Source of the DNA: an uncultured Acidobacteriaceae bacterium
GTDB taxonomy: Bacteria > Acidobacteriota > Terriglobia > Terriglobales > Acidobacteriaceae
Direction of reading: 5' to 3'
Assembly: GCA_963828635.1 (NCBI GenBank)
Contig: CAWHFA010000001.1
Coordinates: 75,030-139,029 of the forward strand
Length of the DNA stretch: 64,000 nt
Shown here piece by piece: positions 17,763-28,834 of the stretch; the stretch's first letter is position 1, and every line of letters starts with the position of its first letter. The position numbers and the translations under genes were made by a program. The notes beneath the pieces were generated by a model. It was not told the DNA's origin and made no database searches. It worked only from the letters and a program-made list of their open reading frames with translations.

Positions 17763-19037
17763 GTGAGCACAACCGAAGCCCCCAGCAACACGAAGCGGGA
17801 AATCGAGATCGAAATCTCAGCCGAAGAAGTCGCCCGCGAAACCGAAACCCTCGTCGGCAAATATCAGAAAGTGGCGCGCATCCCGGGATTCCGCAAGGGA
17901 CATGTTCCGGCGTCGGTGATCCGGCAGCGTTTCTCGCAGGACATTCAGAATGATGTCGTCGATGCGCTGATCCCTAAATACTTTCGCAAGGAAACTGGCA
18001 AGCTGGGATTGATTCCGGTCTCGCAGCCGCGGGTGACTGATTTGCATTTGCACGATAATGAGCCGCTTAGATTTAAGGCCAGCTTCGAGGTGATGCCCGA
18101 CATTAAAGTGGGAGGATATAAAGATCTGCGGCCGGAGAAGGCGGACATCACGGTCAGTGATGAAGAGGTACAGAAGTCCCTGGAGGGAATTCGCGAGGGT
18201 CGCGCGACTTTTACATCGGTAGAGGGACGAGCGCTGGCAGATGGCGATTTCGCGCAGGCGTCGCTGGATGGAAAGGCGGCTGACGAATCCGACGATGCGA
18301 AGCCGGTGCACATGGATGAAGTCCTGGTAGAAATTGGCGGCAAGGAAACGATGCCGGAGTTTACTGAGAATTTGCGTGGGGCTTCCGCTGGAGATGAGCG
18401 AACGTTCGAAGTGAACTATCCCGAGGACACTCCTGACAAACGGTTGGCGGGGAAGAAATTTACTTACACGGTGAGAGTTCTGAGCGTAAAGCGGAAAGCT
18501 TTGCCGGAGCTGAACGACGAGTTCGCGAAGGAGTTGGGTGAGTTCACCTCATTGGATGAAGTCCGACAGCGGATTCGTGAAGGCATGGAAGCGGAGCGGA
18601 AACACACGGCGGAGCGTGAATCGAAGGATAAGCTGGTCACCGAACTGGTGAAGCGCAATGAATTTGAGGTCCCGGAAGCGTTGGTGGAGCGGCAGATCGA
18701 CGTTCGTCTTGAGCGAGGACTACGGGCACTCACAGCGCAGGGAATGAAACCGGAAGACATCAAGAAAATGGATTTCACCCGCATGAGAGCAGGGCAAAGA
18801 GAGCATGCATTGCAAGAAGTGAAAGCCTCGCTACTGCTGGAAAAAGTTGCGGACGAAGAAAAAATTGAAGTGGGGGACGAAGAGATTGATCGCGAGGTTC
18901 AGGCGCTTGCAGCGCAATCAAAGCAGACGCCGGAGTCGATCCGCGCACGTTTGACACGAGATGGAGCGCTGGATAGAATCCGAAATAGAATCCGCCACGA
19001 AAAGACCCTCGACTTCTTGTACCACCAGTCCGCATGA
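17763..19037 (+). CDS. tig: Trigger factor
   Basis: 424 aa. 'FRKGHVP' is the ribosome-binding signature. It has a central PPIase-like region and sits in the conserved tig-clpP-clpX-lon order. Confidence 0.9.
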   Translation: MSTTEAPSNTKREIEIEISAEEVARETETLVGKYQKVARIPGFRKGHVPASVIRQRFSQDIQNDVVDALIPKYFRKETGKLGLIPVSQPRVTDLHLHDNEPLRFKASFEVMPDIKVGGYKDLRPEKADITVSDEEVQKSLEGIREGRATFTSVEGRALADGDFAQASLDGKAADESDDAKPVHMDEVLVEIGGKETMPEFTENLRGASAGDERTFEVNYPEDTPDKRLAGKKFTYTVRVLSVKRKALPELNDEFAKELGEFTSLDEVRQRIREGMEAERKHTAERESKDKLVTELVKRNEFEVPEALVERQIDVRLERGLRALTAQGMKPEDIKKMDFTRMRAGQREHALQEVKASLLLEKVADEEKIEVGDEEIDREVQALAAQSKQTPESIRARLTRDGALDRIRNRIRHEKTLDFLYHQSA

Positions 19038-19083
19038 GCGGCCAATTTGATTCCCCCCAAAGGCCCGAAGTAATCGGGCAGGA

Positions 19084-19701
19084 GTGTACACAGTGAACGC
19101 AAAAGATCCTCAAATGATGCTTGTGCCCATGGTGATCGAACAAACGGGGCGGGGCGAGCGGGCCTATGACATTTACTCACGGCTGCTGCGCGACAACATC
19201 ATTTTCATCGGCACGCCCATCGATGACAATATTGCAAACTTAGTTATCGCGCAAATGCTCTTTCTGGCGCAGGAGGATCCGGAGAAAGACATTCAGCTGT
19301 ATGTCAATTCTCCTGGCGGATCAATTACGGCAGGCATGGCGATTTACGACACGATGCAGTATGTGAAGAACGACGTAACCACGATCTGCATTGGCCAAGC
19401 GGCCAGTATGGCGGCACTCCTTTTGGCTGCGGGAGAGCCAAAGAAACGGCTCGCGCTGCCGAATTCGCGCATCCTAATCCACCAGCCTTCGATGGGAGGG
19501 CTATCGGGACAGGCGACAGACATTGATATCCACGCGCGGGAGATTTTGCGGATGCGCGAGATTACCAACGAGTTACTGGCGAAACATAGTGGCCAGCAGC
19601 TGGAAAAAGTGGAAAAAGACGTGGAACGGGATTTCATCATGAACGCGCAACAAGCAAAAGAGTACGGAATTATCGACGACATTATTTACAAAACCAGGTA
19701 G
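19084..19701 (+). CDS. clpP: ATP-dependent Clp protease proteolytic subunit
   Basis: '[19 protein letters not shown]', the catalytic Ser in '[11 protein letters not shown]' and the His in 'ILIHQP'. The exact start is uncertain. GTG at 19093 has better spacing to the AGGAG at 19080-19084. Confidence 0.95.
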   Translation: MYTVNAKDPQMMLVPMVIEQTGRGERAYDIYSRLLRDNIIFIGTPIDDNIANLVIAQMLFLAQEDPEKDIQLYVNSPGGSITAGMAIYDTMQYVKNDVTTICIGQAASMAALLLAAGEPKKRLALPNSRILIHQPSMGGLSGQATDIDIHAREILRMREITNELLAKHSGQQLEKVEKDVERDFIMNAQQAKEYGIIDDIIYKTR

Positions 19702-19743
19702 GTTCACGTTTCTGTGGGGCACGAATAAAAGGAGCCAAGCCGC

Positions 19744-21021
19744 GTGAAGAATAAGACCGGCACGGAAGAAATACTGCGCTGTTCGTTCTGCCATAAGTCG
19801 CAGGACGCGGTGGCCAAGCTGATATCGTCCCCCAGCGATTATCCGCGGGCCTACATTTGCGATGAGTGCGTAGCGGTTTGCAACTCGATTCTGGAGGACG
19901 ACCGCACCGCGACGCCCGCGGCCACGACGCCCAACCAATTGCCCAAGCCTCAGGAAGTAAAGATCTTCCTCGATGAGTACGTGATTGGGCAGGAACAAAC
20001 CAAGAAGAAGCTGGCGGTGGCGGTTTATAACCACTACAAGCGCATATACATGAACCGGCAGAAGGTCGGCGACGGGATTGAGTTATCCAAGTCGAACATC
20101 ATGTTGATCGGTCCAACCGGAACCGGCAAGACTTTGCTGGCGCAGACTCTGGCTCGGATGCTGGACGTGCCGTTCGCGATTGTCGATGCTACCACCTTGA
20201 CGGAAGCGGGCTATGTTGGGGAGGACGTCGAGAATATTATTTTGAAGCTGCTGCAAGCGGCGGATGGCGACGTAGGCCGAGCGCAAACTGGAATCATCTA
20301 CATTGACGAAATCGACAAGATTGGGCGTAAAGACGAGAACCCGTCGATTACTCGAGACGTTTCTGGCGAAGGCGTGCAGCAGGCGCTTTTAAAGATACTC
20401 GAGGGGACAGTTGCGAACGTGCCTCCGCAGGGGGGGCGAAAACATCCGCATCAGGAATTTACTCCGGTAGATACGACCAACATCCTCTTTATATGCGGTG
20501 GGGCTTTTGTGGGACTGGACAAGATTATTGCCCGCCGTGCCGGCAAGAAATCCCTGGGATTTAAGGCCGAAGACGAGCAAATTAAAGAAGAGGTCGCGCT
20601 TGAAAGCAAGCACAACTTTGAACTGTTAAGCGATGCTCAGCCGGAAGACTTGATTAAATTCGGATTGATTCCGGAGTTCGTAGGCCGGCTTCCAGTTCTG
20701 GGCGTGCTGGAGGATCTGGATGAGGCCGCGCTCATCGAAATTCTTACGCGTCCAAAGAATGCGATCATCAAGCAATACCAGCGGCTATTTGAATTCGAAA
20801 ATGTGCGGCTGAAGTTCAGCGAGGATGCACTTCGGGCCATCTCCCGTCAAGCCATGGCTCGCAAAGTTGGGGCACGCGGTCTTCGAATGATATTAGAAGA
20901 ATTGATGCTGGACCTGATGTACCATTTACCAAGCCAGAAGAAGGTGAAAGAATTCGAAGTCACCCGCGAAATGGTTGAAAAAAGGAACGTTTCGCTGGCG
21001 ATGATGGAAAAAGCGGGGTAA
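19744..21021 (+). CDS. clpX: ATP-dependent Clp protease ATP-binding subunit ClpX
   Basis: Zinc ribbon 'CSFCHKSQ...CDECV', Walker A 'GPTGTGKT', Walker B 'IIYIDEIDK' and 'IPEFVGRLP'. Confidence 0.95.
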   Translation: MKNKTGTEEILRCSFCHKSQDAVAKLISSPSDYPRAYICDECVAVCNSILEDDRTATPAATTPNQLPKPQEVKIFLDEYVIGQEQTKKKLAVAVYNHYKRIYMNRQKVGDGIELSKSNIMLIGPTGTGKTLLAQTLARMLDVPFAIVDATTLTEAGYVGEDVENIILKLLQAADGDVGRAQTGIIYIDEIDKIGRKDENPSITRDVSGEGVQQALLKILEGTVANVPPQGGRKHPHQEFTPVDTTNILFICGGAFVGLDKIIARRAGKKSLGFKAEDEQIKEEVALESKHNFELLSDAQPEDLIKFGLIPEFVGRLPVLGVLEDLDEAALIEILTRPKNAIIKQYQRLFEFENVRLKFSEDALRAISRQAMARKVGARGLRMILEELMLDLMYHLPSQKKVKEFEVTREMVEKRNVSLAMMEKAG

Positions 21022-21096
21022 GAACGTCGCCCTCAGATTCTGGCTTGTGCTCGCTGATCAGCAACTGCTTCAATAGTCTGAATGTAAGATTAGAGT

Positions 21097-21116
21097 TACC
21101 AGTCTTATAACTGGTA
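21097..21116 (+). other. Perfect 7-bp stem / 6-nt loop palindrome 19 nt upstream of the lon start
   Basis: 'taccagt cttata actggta'. Its function is unknown. It could be an operator or a leader hairpin. Confidence 0.25.
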
Positions 21117-21134
21117 GCCGACCCTGGAGCCCTA

Positions 21135-23555
21135 GTGACCACAGTTAAGGAAAAATTCGAAACCAAGAAACTCCCGATGATGCCGATTCGCGACGTGGTC
21201 ATATTTCCCCATATGATGACGCCGTTCGTTGTCGGCCGCGAATCAAGCGTGCGGGCGTTGGAAGAAGCCTTGGCTTCGGACAAGAAGATATTTCTGGCGA
21301 CGCAGCACGACGCGAGTGTTGACGAACCGAAAGCGAATGAGATTTACCAAGTGGGAACCGTTGTCAACATCGTCCAGAGCTTGAAGCTGCCAGACGGAAA
21401 CATCAAAGTGTTAGTTGAGGGAATTGAGCGAGGCAAGATTCTTCAAATTACCGACACCGAGGGTTTTATGCAGGTCTCGGTGCGGCTGGCCCGTTATACG
21501 CTCGAAGCGAACCCCCAGATTGAAGCTGCGATGCAGCGGGTTACGGCGCTGTTCGAGCAATACGTGAAGCTCTGCCAATCGCTCAATTACGAGACCATGA
21601 TCGCGGCGGTTCGTATGGAAGACCCGGCGAAGCTGACCGACACGATCGCGGCGAATCTCCAACTGTCGATTGAAGAAAAGCAGGAATTGCTGGAGATTTT
21701 CGATCCTGCGGAGCGCTTGAGCCGGATTGGTGACGTGCTGGATATCGAAATCGAGAAGTTGAACATGGACCGCACGATTCAGTCGCGGGTAAAGCGGCAG
21801 ATGGAACGAGCTCAGAAAGAGTATTACCTCAACGAAAAGATCAAGGCCATTCAAAAGGAACTGGGCCGCGGCGAGAAAAGCGAATTCGATGAGCTAAAGA
21901 AAAAGATTGATGGCGCCGGGATGCCCAAGGAAGTGAAGGACAAGGCGCTGCAGGAACTAAAGAAGCTGGAAGCGATGCCGCCGATGTCGGCGGAATCCAC
22001 GGTTTCGCGCAATTACCTGGACTGGCTGCTGGCGGTTCCGTGGAAAAAGCGATCCAAGGAAATCCGTAACATTTCGCGCGCCGAAAAAGTTCTTAACGAA
22101 GATCATTACGGGCTGGAAAAGATTAAAGAACGGATTCTTGAATTTTTGGCGGTACGCCAACTGGTAAAGAATCCTAAGGGATCGATTTTGTGCTTTGTGG
22201 GGCCTCCCGGGGTCGGCAAGACTTCGCTGGGAATGTCTATTGCGAAGGCGACCGGGCGCAAGTTCGTTCGGATGTCTCTTGGAGGGGTGCGGGACGAAGC
22301 TGAGGTTCGCGGCCACCGGCGCACGTATATCGGAGCGCTTCCCGGCCAGATCATTCAGATGATGAAGAAGGCGGGTACGAAGAACCCGGTATTCATGCTT
22401 GATGAAGTGGACAAGATGAGCATGGACTTCCGAGGTGATCCGTCCGCGGCGCTGTTGGAAGTGCTTGATCCGGAACAAAATTTCATGTTCGTGGATCACT
22501 ACCTCGACGTTGAATACGACTTATCGCAAGTGTTTTTCATCGCCACCGCGAATGTGATGCATACCATTCCTCCAGCCCTGCAAGATCGCATGGAAGTGCT
22601 GCGTCTGCATGGCTACACGGAACAGGAAAAAGTGGAGATCGCCAAACAATTTCTGGTGAAGAAGCAATTGGCGGCTGCGGGACTGACGGACAAGAACATC
22701 AAGTTTACCGACGAAGCGCTGACGTCTTTAATCGGCTCTTATACTCGCGAAGCCGGGGTACGTAATTTAGAACGAGAAATCGGAAATGTCTGCCGCAAGG
22801 TGGCGCGCAAGGTCGTAAAAGAAGGACAGAACTACAACATCGGAATTACCGGCGAGAACGTCAATGACTACCTTGGAGTGGTAAAGTTCCGAGACACCCT
22901 GGCTCACGAGCGCAGCGAAGTGGGCTTGGTCACCGGACTCGCCTGGACCGAAGTGGGCGGTTCTATACTCAGCACCGAAGCTACTGTGGTTGACGGCAAA
23001 GGCAAGCTTACATTGACAGGGAAACTGGGCGATGTGATGCAGGAATCGGCGCAAGCCGCGATGTCTTACGTGCGTTCCCGGGCGGTGCGACTGGGCTTGT
23101 TGCGCGACTTTTACCGCAACATTGACATACACGTTCACGTTCCTGAAGGCGCTATTCCCAAGGACGGCCCATCGGCGGGCATCACGATTGCCACCGCCAT
23201 TTCCAGTGCCCTTAGCAAGATCCCAGTGCGCCGCGACTTGGCAATGACTGGGGAAATTACCCTTCGCGGCAAAGTGCTTCCGATTGGTGGACTGAAAGAA
23301 AAGCTACTGGCGGCACATCGGGCCGGACTATTTGAAGTCATTCTGCCTCGCGACAACGAGAAGGATATCGCCGAAGTGCCAGAAAATCTGCGCAACGCCA
23401 TGAAGCTTCATTTTGTTGACACGATGGATCAGGTGCTGGCAGTGGCGTTGGAGCACCCCTTGCCCGACATTCCGCTCCCTGCGGTCGGTGTAGACAGTTC
23501 ACAATCAATCGCCCCGCTCGATTCTCCAAACGAAGCGCCGGCAACTCATCAGTAA
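21135..23555 (+). CDS. lon: Lon protease (LonA)
   Basis: 806 aa. It has an N-terminal LON domain, Walker A 'GPPGVGKTS' and 'FMLDEVDK'. The proteolytic Ser is in '[10 protein letters not shown]'. Confidence 0.95.
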   Translation: MTTVKEKFETKKLPMMPIRDVVIFPHMMTPFVVGRESSVRALEEALASDKKIFLATQHDASVDEPKANEIYQVGTVVNIVQSLKLPDGNIKVLVEGIERGKILQITDTEGFMQVSVRLARYTLEANPQIEAAMQRVTALFEQYVKLCQSLNYETMIAAVRMEDPAKLTDTIAANLQLSIEEKQELLEIFDPAERLSRIGDVLDIEIEKLNMDRTIQSRVKRQMERAQKEYYLNEKIKAIQKELGRGEKSEFDELKKKIDGAGMPKEVKDKALQELKKLEAMPPMSAESTVSRNYLDWLLAVPWKKRSKEIRNISRAEKVLNEDHYGLEKIKERILEFLAVRQLVKNPKGSILCFVGPPGVGKTSLGMSIAKATGRKFVRMSLGGVRDEAEVRGHRRTYIGALPGQIIQMMKKAGTKNPVFMLDEVDKMSMDFRGDPSAALLEVLDPEQNFMFVDHYLDVEYDLSQVFFIATANVMHTIPPALQDRMEVLRLHGYTEQEKVEIAKQFLVKKQLAAAGLTDKNIKFTDEALTSLIGSYTREAGVRNLEREIGNVCRKVARKVVKEGQNYNIGITGENVNDYLGVVKFRDTLAHERSEVGLVTGLAWTEVGGSILSTEATVVDGKGKLTLTGKLGDVMQESAQAAMSYVRSRAVRLGLLRDFYRNIDIHVHVPEGAIPKDGPSAGITIATAISSALSKIPVRRDLAMTGEITLRGKVLPIGGLKEKLLAAHRAGLFEVILPRDNEKDIAEVPENLRNAMKLHFVDTMDQVLAVALEHPLPDIPLPAVGVDSSQSIAPLDSPNEAPATHQ

Positions 23556-23775
23556 AGCCGGTGAAGGTAGGGTTTCGAATCACTTCGGTGAATGAAAGCC
23601 TCAACTTTATTTGATGTCTGCTGAGCGCTCTTGAATGATTTCTTGCAGCATTTGGACGGCGAGTCCAATTGGCGAACCTCCCCGGTAGAGCCAAGTCCTG
23701 CCAAGCCTCGAGTTGAACCTGCGGTAGACTGAAACTTATCGCTGTGTCACCCGTATCATAACCAGGCCTGACCGC

Positions 23776-25005
23776 ATGAATACTCTTGAAGCCATTCGCA
23801 TTTCGTTGCAGTCATTGTGGGCGAACAAACTGCGTTCGACGCTGACGCTTTTGGGAGTGGTGATTGGGATTGCCGCTGTGATCGCGGTGGTCACGTTTGT
23901 GAACGGAATTAACGCTTACGTGGCGGAGAAGATATTCCGTTTAGGCGCCGACGTTTTCATCATCAGCAAGGTCAGCCCGGTGGTGACCAATGTCGATCAG
24001 TTTCTTGAGGGGCAGAAACGTAAAGACCTCACGATGGATGATTATGAGGCGGTACGAGCCTCGTGCCGCCAGTGCACTATGGTCGGGGCTTCGGCGACCA
24101 ACTTCACCGGCAAAATTAAATACGGCGAGCAGACGGTAAACGATTCCTGGGTACGCGGGCTCACACCTTCGATGCCCCAGATTCTCGATCTTGATCTGGG
24201 AGTCGGGCGGATGTTGAATTCCAACGACGAAAACAACCGATCGAATATCGCGGTGATTGGAACGGACGTGGCGGAAAATCTTTTTCCTGGCGCTGATCCA
24301 CTGGGGAAAGAAATACGAATTGATGGAGAGCTTTACAGCGTGATTGGAATTGGGAAAAAGCAAGGGAAAACGCTGGGGCAGAGCCTGGATAACTTCGCGC
24401 TGATTCCGATCACAACATATCTGAAGCAATACGGGGCGCATACTACGATTCGAATTTGCGGCAAGGCCAATGGCATTGGATCGCAATTGGAGGGCGCGCT
24501 GGATGAGGCGCGGGCGATTGTACGGGCGCGACGGCATGATCCTCCCGGCAAGCCCGACAGCTTTGCGGCGGAAACGAATGCCAGCTTTTTGAGCATCTGG
24601 TCGAATCTGACAGGGACTTTTTTTCTGGCCATGATTGGAATTGCGGCGATTTCACTGGTGGTCGGCGGGATTGTGATCATGAATATCATGCTGGTGTCGG
24701 TAACGGAGCGGACACGAGAGATCGGAATTCGTAAGGCGCTGGGGGCGCGGCGACAGGATGTACTGATGCAATTTTTGATCGAATCGGCGACGATGGCCGT
24801 GATCGGCGGGATCATCGGAGTACTGTTTGGCATCGCAGTGGCGAAAGGGGTCACTGGACTCATCGGGATGCCATCGGAAATCAAGTTGTGGGCCGTGGGA
24901 GCGGCGCTATTGGTGTCAGCAAGTGTGGGAGTGTTTTTTGGGGTGTATCCGGCGAGGCGGGCGGCGGTGCTTGATCCTATAGCGGCGTTGAGATTTGAGT
25001 TGTAA
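23776..25005 (+). CDS. ABC transporter permease, MacB-like (MacB periplasmic domain plus FtsX domain)
   Basis: 409 aa. '[23 protein letters not shown]' and the C-terminal '[31 protein letters not shown]' are typical of the MacB/FtsX family. Confidence 0.85.
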   Translation: MNTLEAIRISLQSLWANKLRSTLTLLGVVIGIAAVIAVVTFVNGINAYVAEKIFRLGADVFIISKVSPVVTNVDQFLEGQKRKDLTMDDYEAVRASCRQCTMVGASATNFTGKIKYGEQTVNDSWVRGLTPSMPQILDLDLGVGRMLNSNDENNRSNIAVIGTDVAENLFPGADPLGKEIRIDGELYSVIGIGKKQGKTLGQSLDNFALIPITTYLKQYGAHTTIRICGKANGIGSQLEGALDEARAIVRARRHDPPGKPDSFAAETNASFLSIWSNLTGTFFLAMIGIAAISLVVGGIVIMNIMLVSVTERTREIGIRKALGARRQDVLMQFLIESATMAVIGGIIGVLFGIAVAKGVTGLIGMPSEIKLWAVGAALLVSASVGVFFGVYPARRAAVLDPIAALRFEL

Positions 25006-25124
25006 AGATTCAGCGGAAAATTTTTCCATGACCCGGCTTCAATTCGGGGTCGGGATCTTTCGACTGCGCATGGGCGACCGCGAGCGCTCGTCCATACTGC
25101 CCTCACGAAATCCGGGGACTTCTT

Positions 25125-26387
25125 ATGATTCGTAAAGGCGATTACGGAGAGATTGTCAGCATGGCCCTGAATACGATTCGTAGCAACAAGCTGCGCTCGG
25201 GGCTGACGGTGCTGGGGATTGTGATCGGGGTCGCCGTGGTGATTGGGATTTCGTCGATTGTCAGTGGATTGAATGACAGCGTCGAGCAGTCCATTACGAG
25301 CCTTGGCTCGAACCTGATTTTTGCTTTTCATATTCAACCTTTCGGATTCACCCGGCCCACAGAAGAGATGCGTGTGCGCAGGCGGCTCACGGTCGAAGAT
25401 GCCGAGGCCATGAAAGTTTTACCGCACGTCAAGGCGGTGACCGTCGGCATCCGTTATCAGCGCCCTGAGTTTGGCACGGGTACGTACGTGGTGAAATATG
25501 GCAGCCGCCGAGTGAAGAATACGATCATTGAAGGCGATACCGCCGATTGGAAAAATGTTTTTGATCTCGGTCTCACTGGCGGGCGTTGGTTTACCGAATC
25601 CGACAACGAACAGCATGCTCCGGTAATTATCGTGGGATCGGACACGGCGGAGGAATTATTTCCAGCCGAAGCCGCGCTGGGAAAAGAGATAAATATCGAC
25701 GGCAAGATGTTTACCGTGATCGGAGTTGCCGAGCCCCGCAAGGCTGCATTTGGAGGCGGCAAAAATCCTGAAGATAACTTAATTCTTTTTCCGCTAACTA
25801 CTTTTCATGAGTTGCATCCTGAACTAAAAGATTGCTGGATCAGCGTGAAGGCGACATCGCACGACGATATGCCGAAGGCGATCGACGAGATGCGGGAACT
25901 GCTGCGGCGGCGGCGCAAGGTGTCTCCCGAAAAGCCGGACAACTTCGCGGTGTTTACTCAGGACTCATTGTCGGATGTGTGGAAGCAAATCTCGGGCGGG
26001 ATTTTTATTTTTATGTTCGCGGTTTCCAGCGTGGGCTTGATTGTTGGCGGCGTCGGGGTGATGAACATCATGCTGGTATCGGTGACCGAGCGTACGCGCG
26101 AAATTGGAGTGCGCAAGGCAATTGGGGCGCGTAAGCAGGACATCCTGATGCAGTTTACCCTTGAGGCGATCACGCTGACGGGCATCGGCGGCATTATTGG
26201 AGTGCTGTTTGGTGCGGCGGTCACCTGGCTGATTCCTGTGATTTGGAGTTCGCTGCCCGCACACATGTCGATGTTCTGGGCAGGTTTTGGATTGATATCC
26301 GCCGCGGCGGAAGGGCTGTTGTTTGGGATTTATCCGGCTTGGAAAGCTGCAAATTTGGATCCTATCGAATCGCTTCGCTACGAATAA
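25125..26387 (+). CDS. ABC transporter permease, MacB-like (paralog of the preceding gene)
   Basis: 420 aa. '[23 protein letters not shown]' and '[31 protein letters not shown]'. Confidence 0.85.
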   Translation: MIRKGDYGEIVSMALNTIRSNKLRSGLTVLGIVIGVAVVIGISSIVSGLNDSVEQSITSLGSNLIFAFHIQPFGFTRPTEEMRVRRRLTVEDAEAMKVLPHVKAVTVGIRYQRPEFGTGTYVVKYGSRRVKNTIIEGDTADWKNVFDLGLTGGRWFTESDNEQHAPVIIVGSDTAEELFPAEAALGKEINIDGKMFTVIGVAEPRKAAFGGGKNPEDNLILFPLTTFHELHPELKDCWISVKATSHDDMPKAIDEMRELLRRRRKVSPEKPDNFAVFTQDSLSDVWKQISGGIFIFMFAVSSVGLIVGGVGVMNIMLVSVTERTREIGVRKAIGARKQDILMQFTLEAITLTGIGGIIGVLFGAAVTWLIPVIWSSLPAHMSMFWAGFGLISAAAEGLLFGIYPAWKAANLDPIESLRYE

Positions 26388-26399
26388 ATTCTCTTCTAC

Positions 26400-27581
26400 A
26401 TGGCTCATCGCATTGTGAAGATCGTTGAAATTGCTGCTACTGTGGGGGCGATTTCTGGGATTGCTTATAACCTGCTTTGTGTGTGGAGTGGAGGTAGGTT
26501 TCTAAGATCTGGAAGGGCGGCGAACAGGAGTGTCCGCCCTACACAGCCCTCCGTCTCAATTCTCAAGCCTTTGAAGGGCACTGATCCGGAGATGCATGCG
26601 AGTTTTCGTAGTCATTGTGTGCAGGATTATGCGGAATACGAACTTATTTTTGGGGTGAGCGATGCTGCGGATCCAGCGGTGGCAATGGTGGAGCAACTTA
26701 AAGCGGAATTTCCGCAGAGAGCGATACAGCTGATTATTTGCAAGGAGCAATTGGGCGCGAATGCGAAGGTCAGCAGTCTTGCGCAGATGTTTCCGGAAGC
26801 AAAATACGACTACTTGGTAGTTAGCGATAGCGACATTCGGGTCGGCCCGCAGTATCTTGCCCGCGTTACGGCCCCTCTAGATCGCGAGGAAGTGGGGCTG
26901 GTGACCTGCCTTTACCGTGGTACTCCGGCAGCAAATATGTTTTCGCGGTTAGAGTCGCTCGGCATCGCTACCGATTTCGTCCCTGGCGTCTTGGTCGCGA
27001 AAACGGTCGAAGGGAAAATTCGTTTTGGACTAGGGTCGACGCTGGCGTTTCGTCGAGAGGACCTCGTTGCTGTTGGGGGATTCGAGTCGCTGGTGGACCA
27101 TCTCGCGGACGACTACCAGTTGGGAAAGCGCATCGCCGAGATGGGAAGGGAAGTAGTGATATCTTCGGAAGTCGTGGAAACATTTTTGCCTCGTTATAAT
27201 TTGACGGGATTTATTCAACACCAGTTGCGCTGGGCACGCACTATACGAGACTCGAGGTATTGGGGTTCTGTGGGATTGATGTTTACTTTTGCTCTACCGT
27301 GGGCGTTTTTGTCGGTTATTTTGTCGCGCGGGGGATTATTGCAATGGATAGTGCTGGGTGTGGCGGCGGGCAGCCGCGTATTGACCGCATGGTTTGTCGG
27401 GCATCGCGTATTGGAGGATAAGAAATGCATAGGATTGGCCTGGTTGATTCCGCTGCGCGATGTCATTGCGATTAGCGTGTGGGCTGCGAGTTTCGTGGGA
27501 AATGTGGTGGTTTGGCGAGGCGAGCGGTTTCGGTTAAAGGAGGGGAAACTCGTCTCACTGGAGAACGGATCGCCGGTTTAG
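26400..27581 (+). CDS. Family-2/21 glycosyltransferase of the glucosylceramide-synthase / hopanoid HpnI-like type
   Basis: 393 aa. It has an N-terminal TM, 'VSILKPLKG', 'VVSDSDIRV' (the DxD region) and the 'QHQLRWARTIR' (Q/R)xxRW motif. C-terminal TM helices follow. Confidence 0.7.
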   Translation: MAHRIVKIVEIAATVGAISGIAYNLLCVWSGGRFLRSGRAANRSVRPTQPSVSILKPLKGTDPEMHASFRSHCVQDYAEYELIFGVSDAADPAVAMVEQLKAEFPQRAIQLIICKEQLGANAKVSSLAQMFPEAKYDYLVVSDSDIRVGPQYLARVTAPLDREEVGLVTCLYRGTPAANMFSRLESLGIATDFVPGVLVAKTVEGKIRFGLGSTLAFRREDLVAVGGFESLVDHLADDYQLGKRIAEMGREVVISSEVVETFLPRYNLTGFIQHQLRWARTIRDSRYWGSVGLMFTFALPWAFLSVILSRGGLLQWIVLGVAAGSRVLTAWFVGHRVLEDKKCIGLAWLIPLRDVIAISVWAASFVGNVVVWRGERFRLKEGKLVSLENGSPV

Positions 27582-27585
27582 GGAT

Positions 27586-27609
27586 GCTTCGCTGCGCTCA
27601 GCAAGACCC
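27586..27609. repeat. Short dispersed intergenic repeat, diverged copy 3 ('gcttcgctgcgctcagcaagaccc')
   Basis: About 17 of 21 positions match copy 2. It lies just after the stop at 27581. Confidence 0.4.
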
Positions 27610-27642
27610 ATGATAGGCGCGGTAGAAGTGGTGGAAGTGTGG

Positions 27643-28834
27643 TTAGCGGTCTTGAGGGATGATTTTTCCGCCGTCGATGAATTTATATTTTTCTCCGCGC
27701 CAAAAGAAGTTTCGGCCCATGAAGCTTGCGGTCCAGAGAAACCATCCCAGAAGATCTCGAAGAGGATACAGCCAGCAAAATAACAGAGCGCGGCGGTCAC
27801 GGATTAGCCCCCATCCGACAGTAAGGGATTGAATAATCCGATTCGCCATGGCGCAGAGTAAAAGCATCAGGCCGAAGCGCGGCCGTCCGATTGCGAATCC
27901 GGCAATCAGTCCCAGCACCCCGAACGGCATTGCATAAGTGAGGCCGGTGCCGATGTGCCCTAGCGGGCGTGAGTAGCGCGTACTTTTCATCCAGCGCAAC
28001 TGATCTCCCAGGGTGCGAGCCACGGGACGCGGGGTCAGGACATGCTCAATGAAATAGTGAGAGAAAATGACTTTGTTTCCGTCTGCCCACACTTTATTTC
28101 CCAAGACGTAGTCGTCGGAGTAGTAGTCGGCGGTCGCGGCAATGCCTCCTATCTGGTCGAGTGTGTCTTTGCGGAATCGCCACCGCGGGCCCCAATGCGA
28201 AACGGATGCCTTCCACCATATCTGCGACAACTACTCCAGAAGGCATTTCAACTGACATTCCGAGAGCTTCGAGCACAGACCAAAAGTCTTTTGCCGGCAC
28301 TCCCTTATAGAGGCAAGTAACCAGGCCAATAGATGGATCGAGAAGCGGAGGGATTATGTTTCGCAAGAAGTCGCGCTCAACTTTTACGTCGCTATCGCTG
28401 ATAACAAAAAAATCGCTATCCGATTGGGGAATCATCTTGCCGAGCGAAAATACTTTGGCGTTGGGCATGGTGGGAGGCCCGGAAATTACAATGCGGCTTC
28501 TGACCTGCGGATATTTGAGGGCGACACTACGCGCGATGCGCAGCGCGGGATTCTGCTCGTCGCGCGCGCCGATAATAATTTCAAAATCTGGGTAGTCCTG
28601 CTGAAAGAAGCTTTCGAGATTTTGTTCGAGGCGGAGTTCCAATCCATGCACCGGCTTGAAAATTGTGACTGCCGGTAAGTTCGATTGCAGATTCAAAACA
28701 AGCTTTCGGGCTGCGGTTGCGCTTCGATGAAACCGCAGGGCGCCTACGAAAACCATCAATAGATAAATCGTGGAAGTAACGCTGCCGAAGATCGCGACGT
28801 AAAACAATCCACGCCAAAGCAGATGTCCCGCCAT
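27643..28834 (-). pseudogene. Second HpnI/glucosylceramide-synthase-like GT2 gene, split by one frame break near 28177
   Basis: ORFs 28094..28837 (N-terminal part, 'VTIFKPVHG', 'VISDSDVKV') and 27643..28230 (C-terminal part, 'GDQLRWMKSTR') join colinearly as '..RFALGPAVA|FRKDTLDQIGG..'. The intact paralog reads 'RFGLGSTLAFRREDLVAVGG'. One extra base sits in 'gcg-a-ttc' on the minus strand. The ATG at 28834 overlaps the GT39 stop (TGATG). Confidence 0.7.

Noticed and set aside
24333-25337. A 334-aa minus-strand ORF running antisense through the end of the first MacB-like permease, the spacer, and the start of the second
   Set aside because: It is low-complexity and rich in Arg, Pro, Ser and Ala. 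It has no start context and lies fully antisense to two well-supported genes. It is a typical shadow ORF in GC-rich coding DNA.
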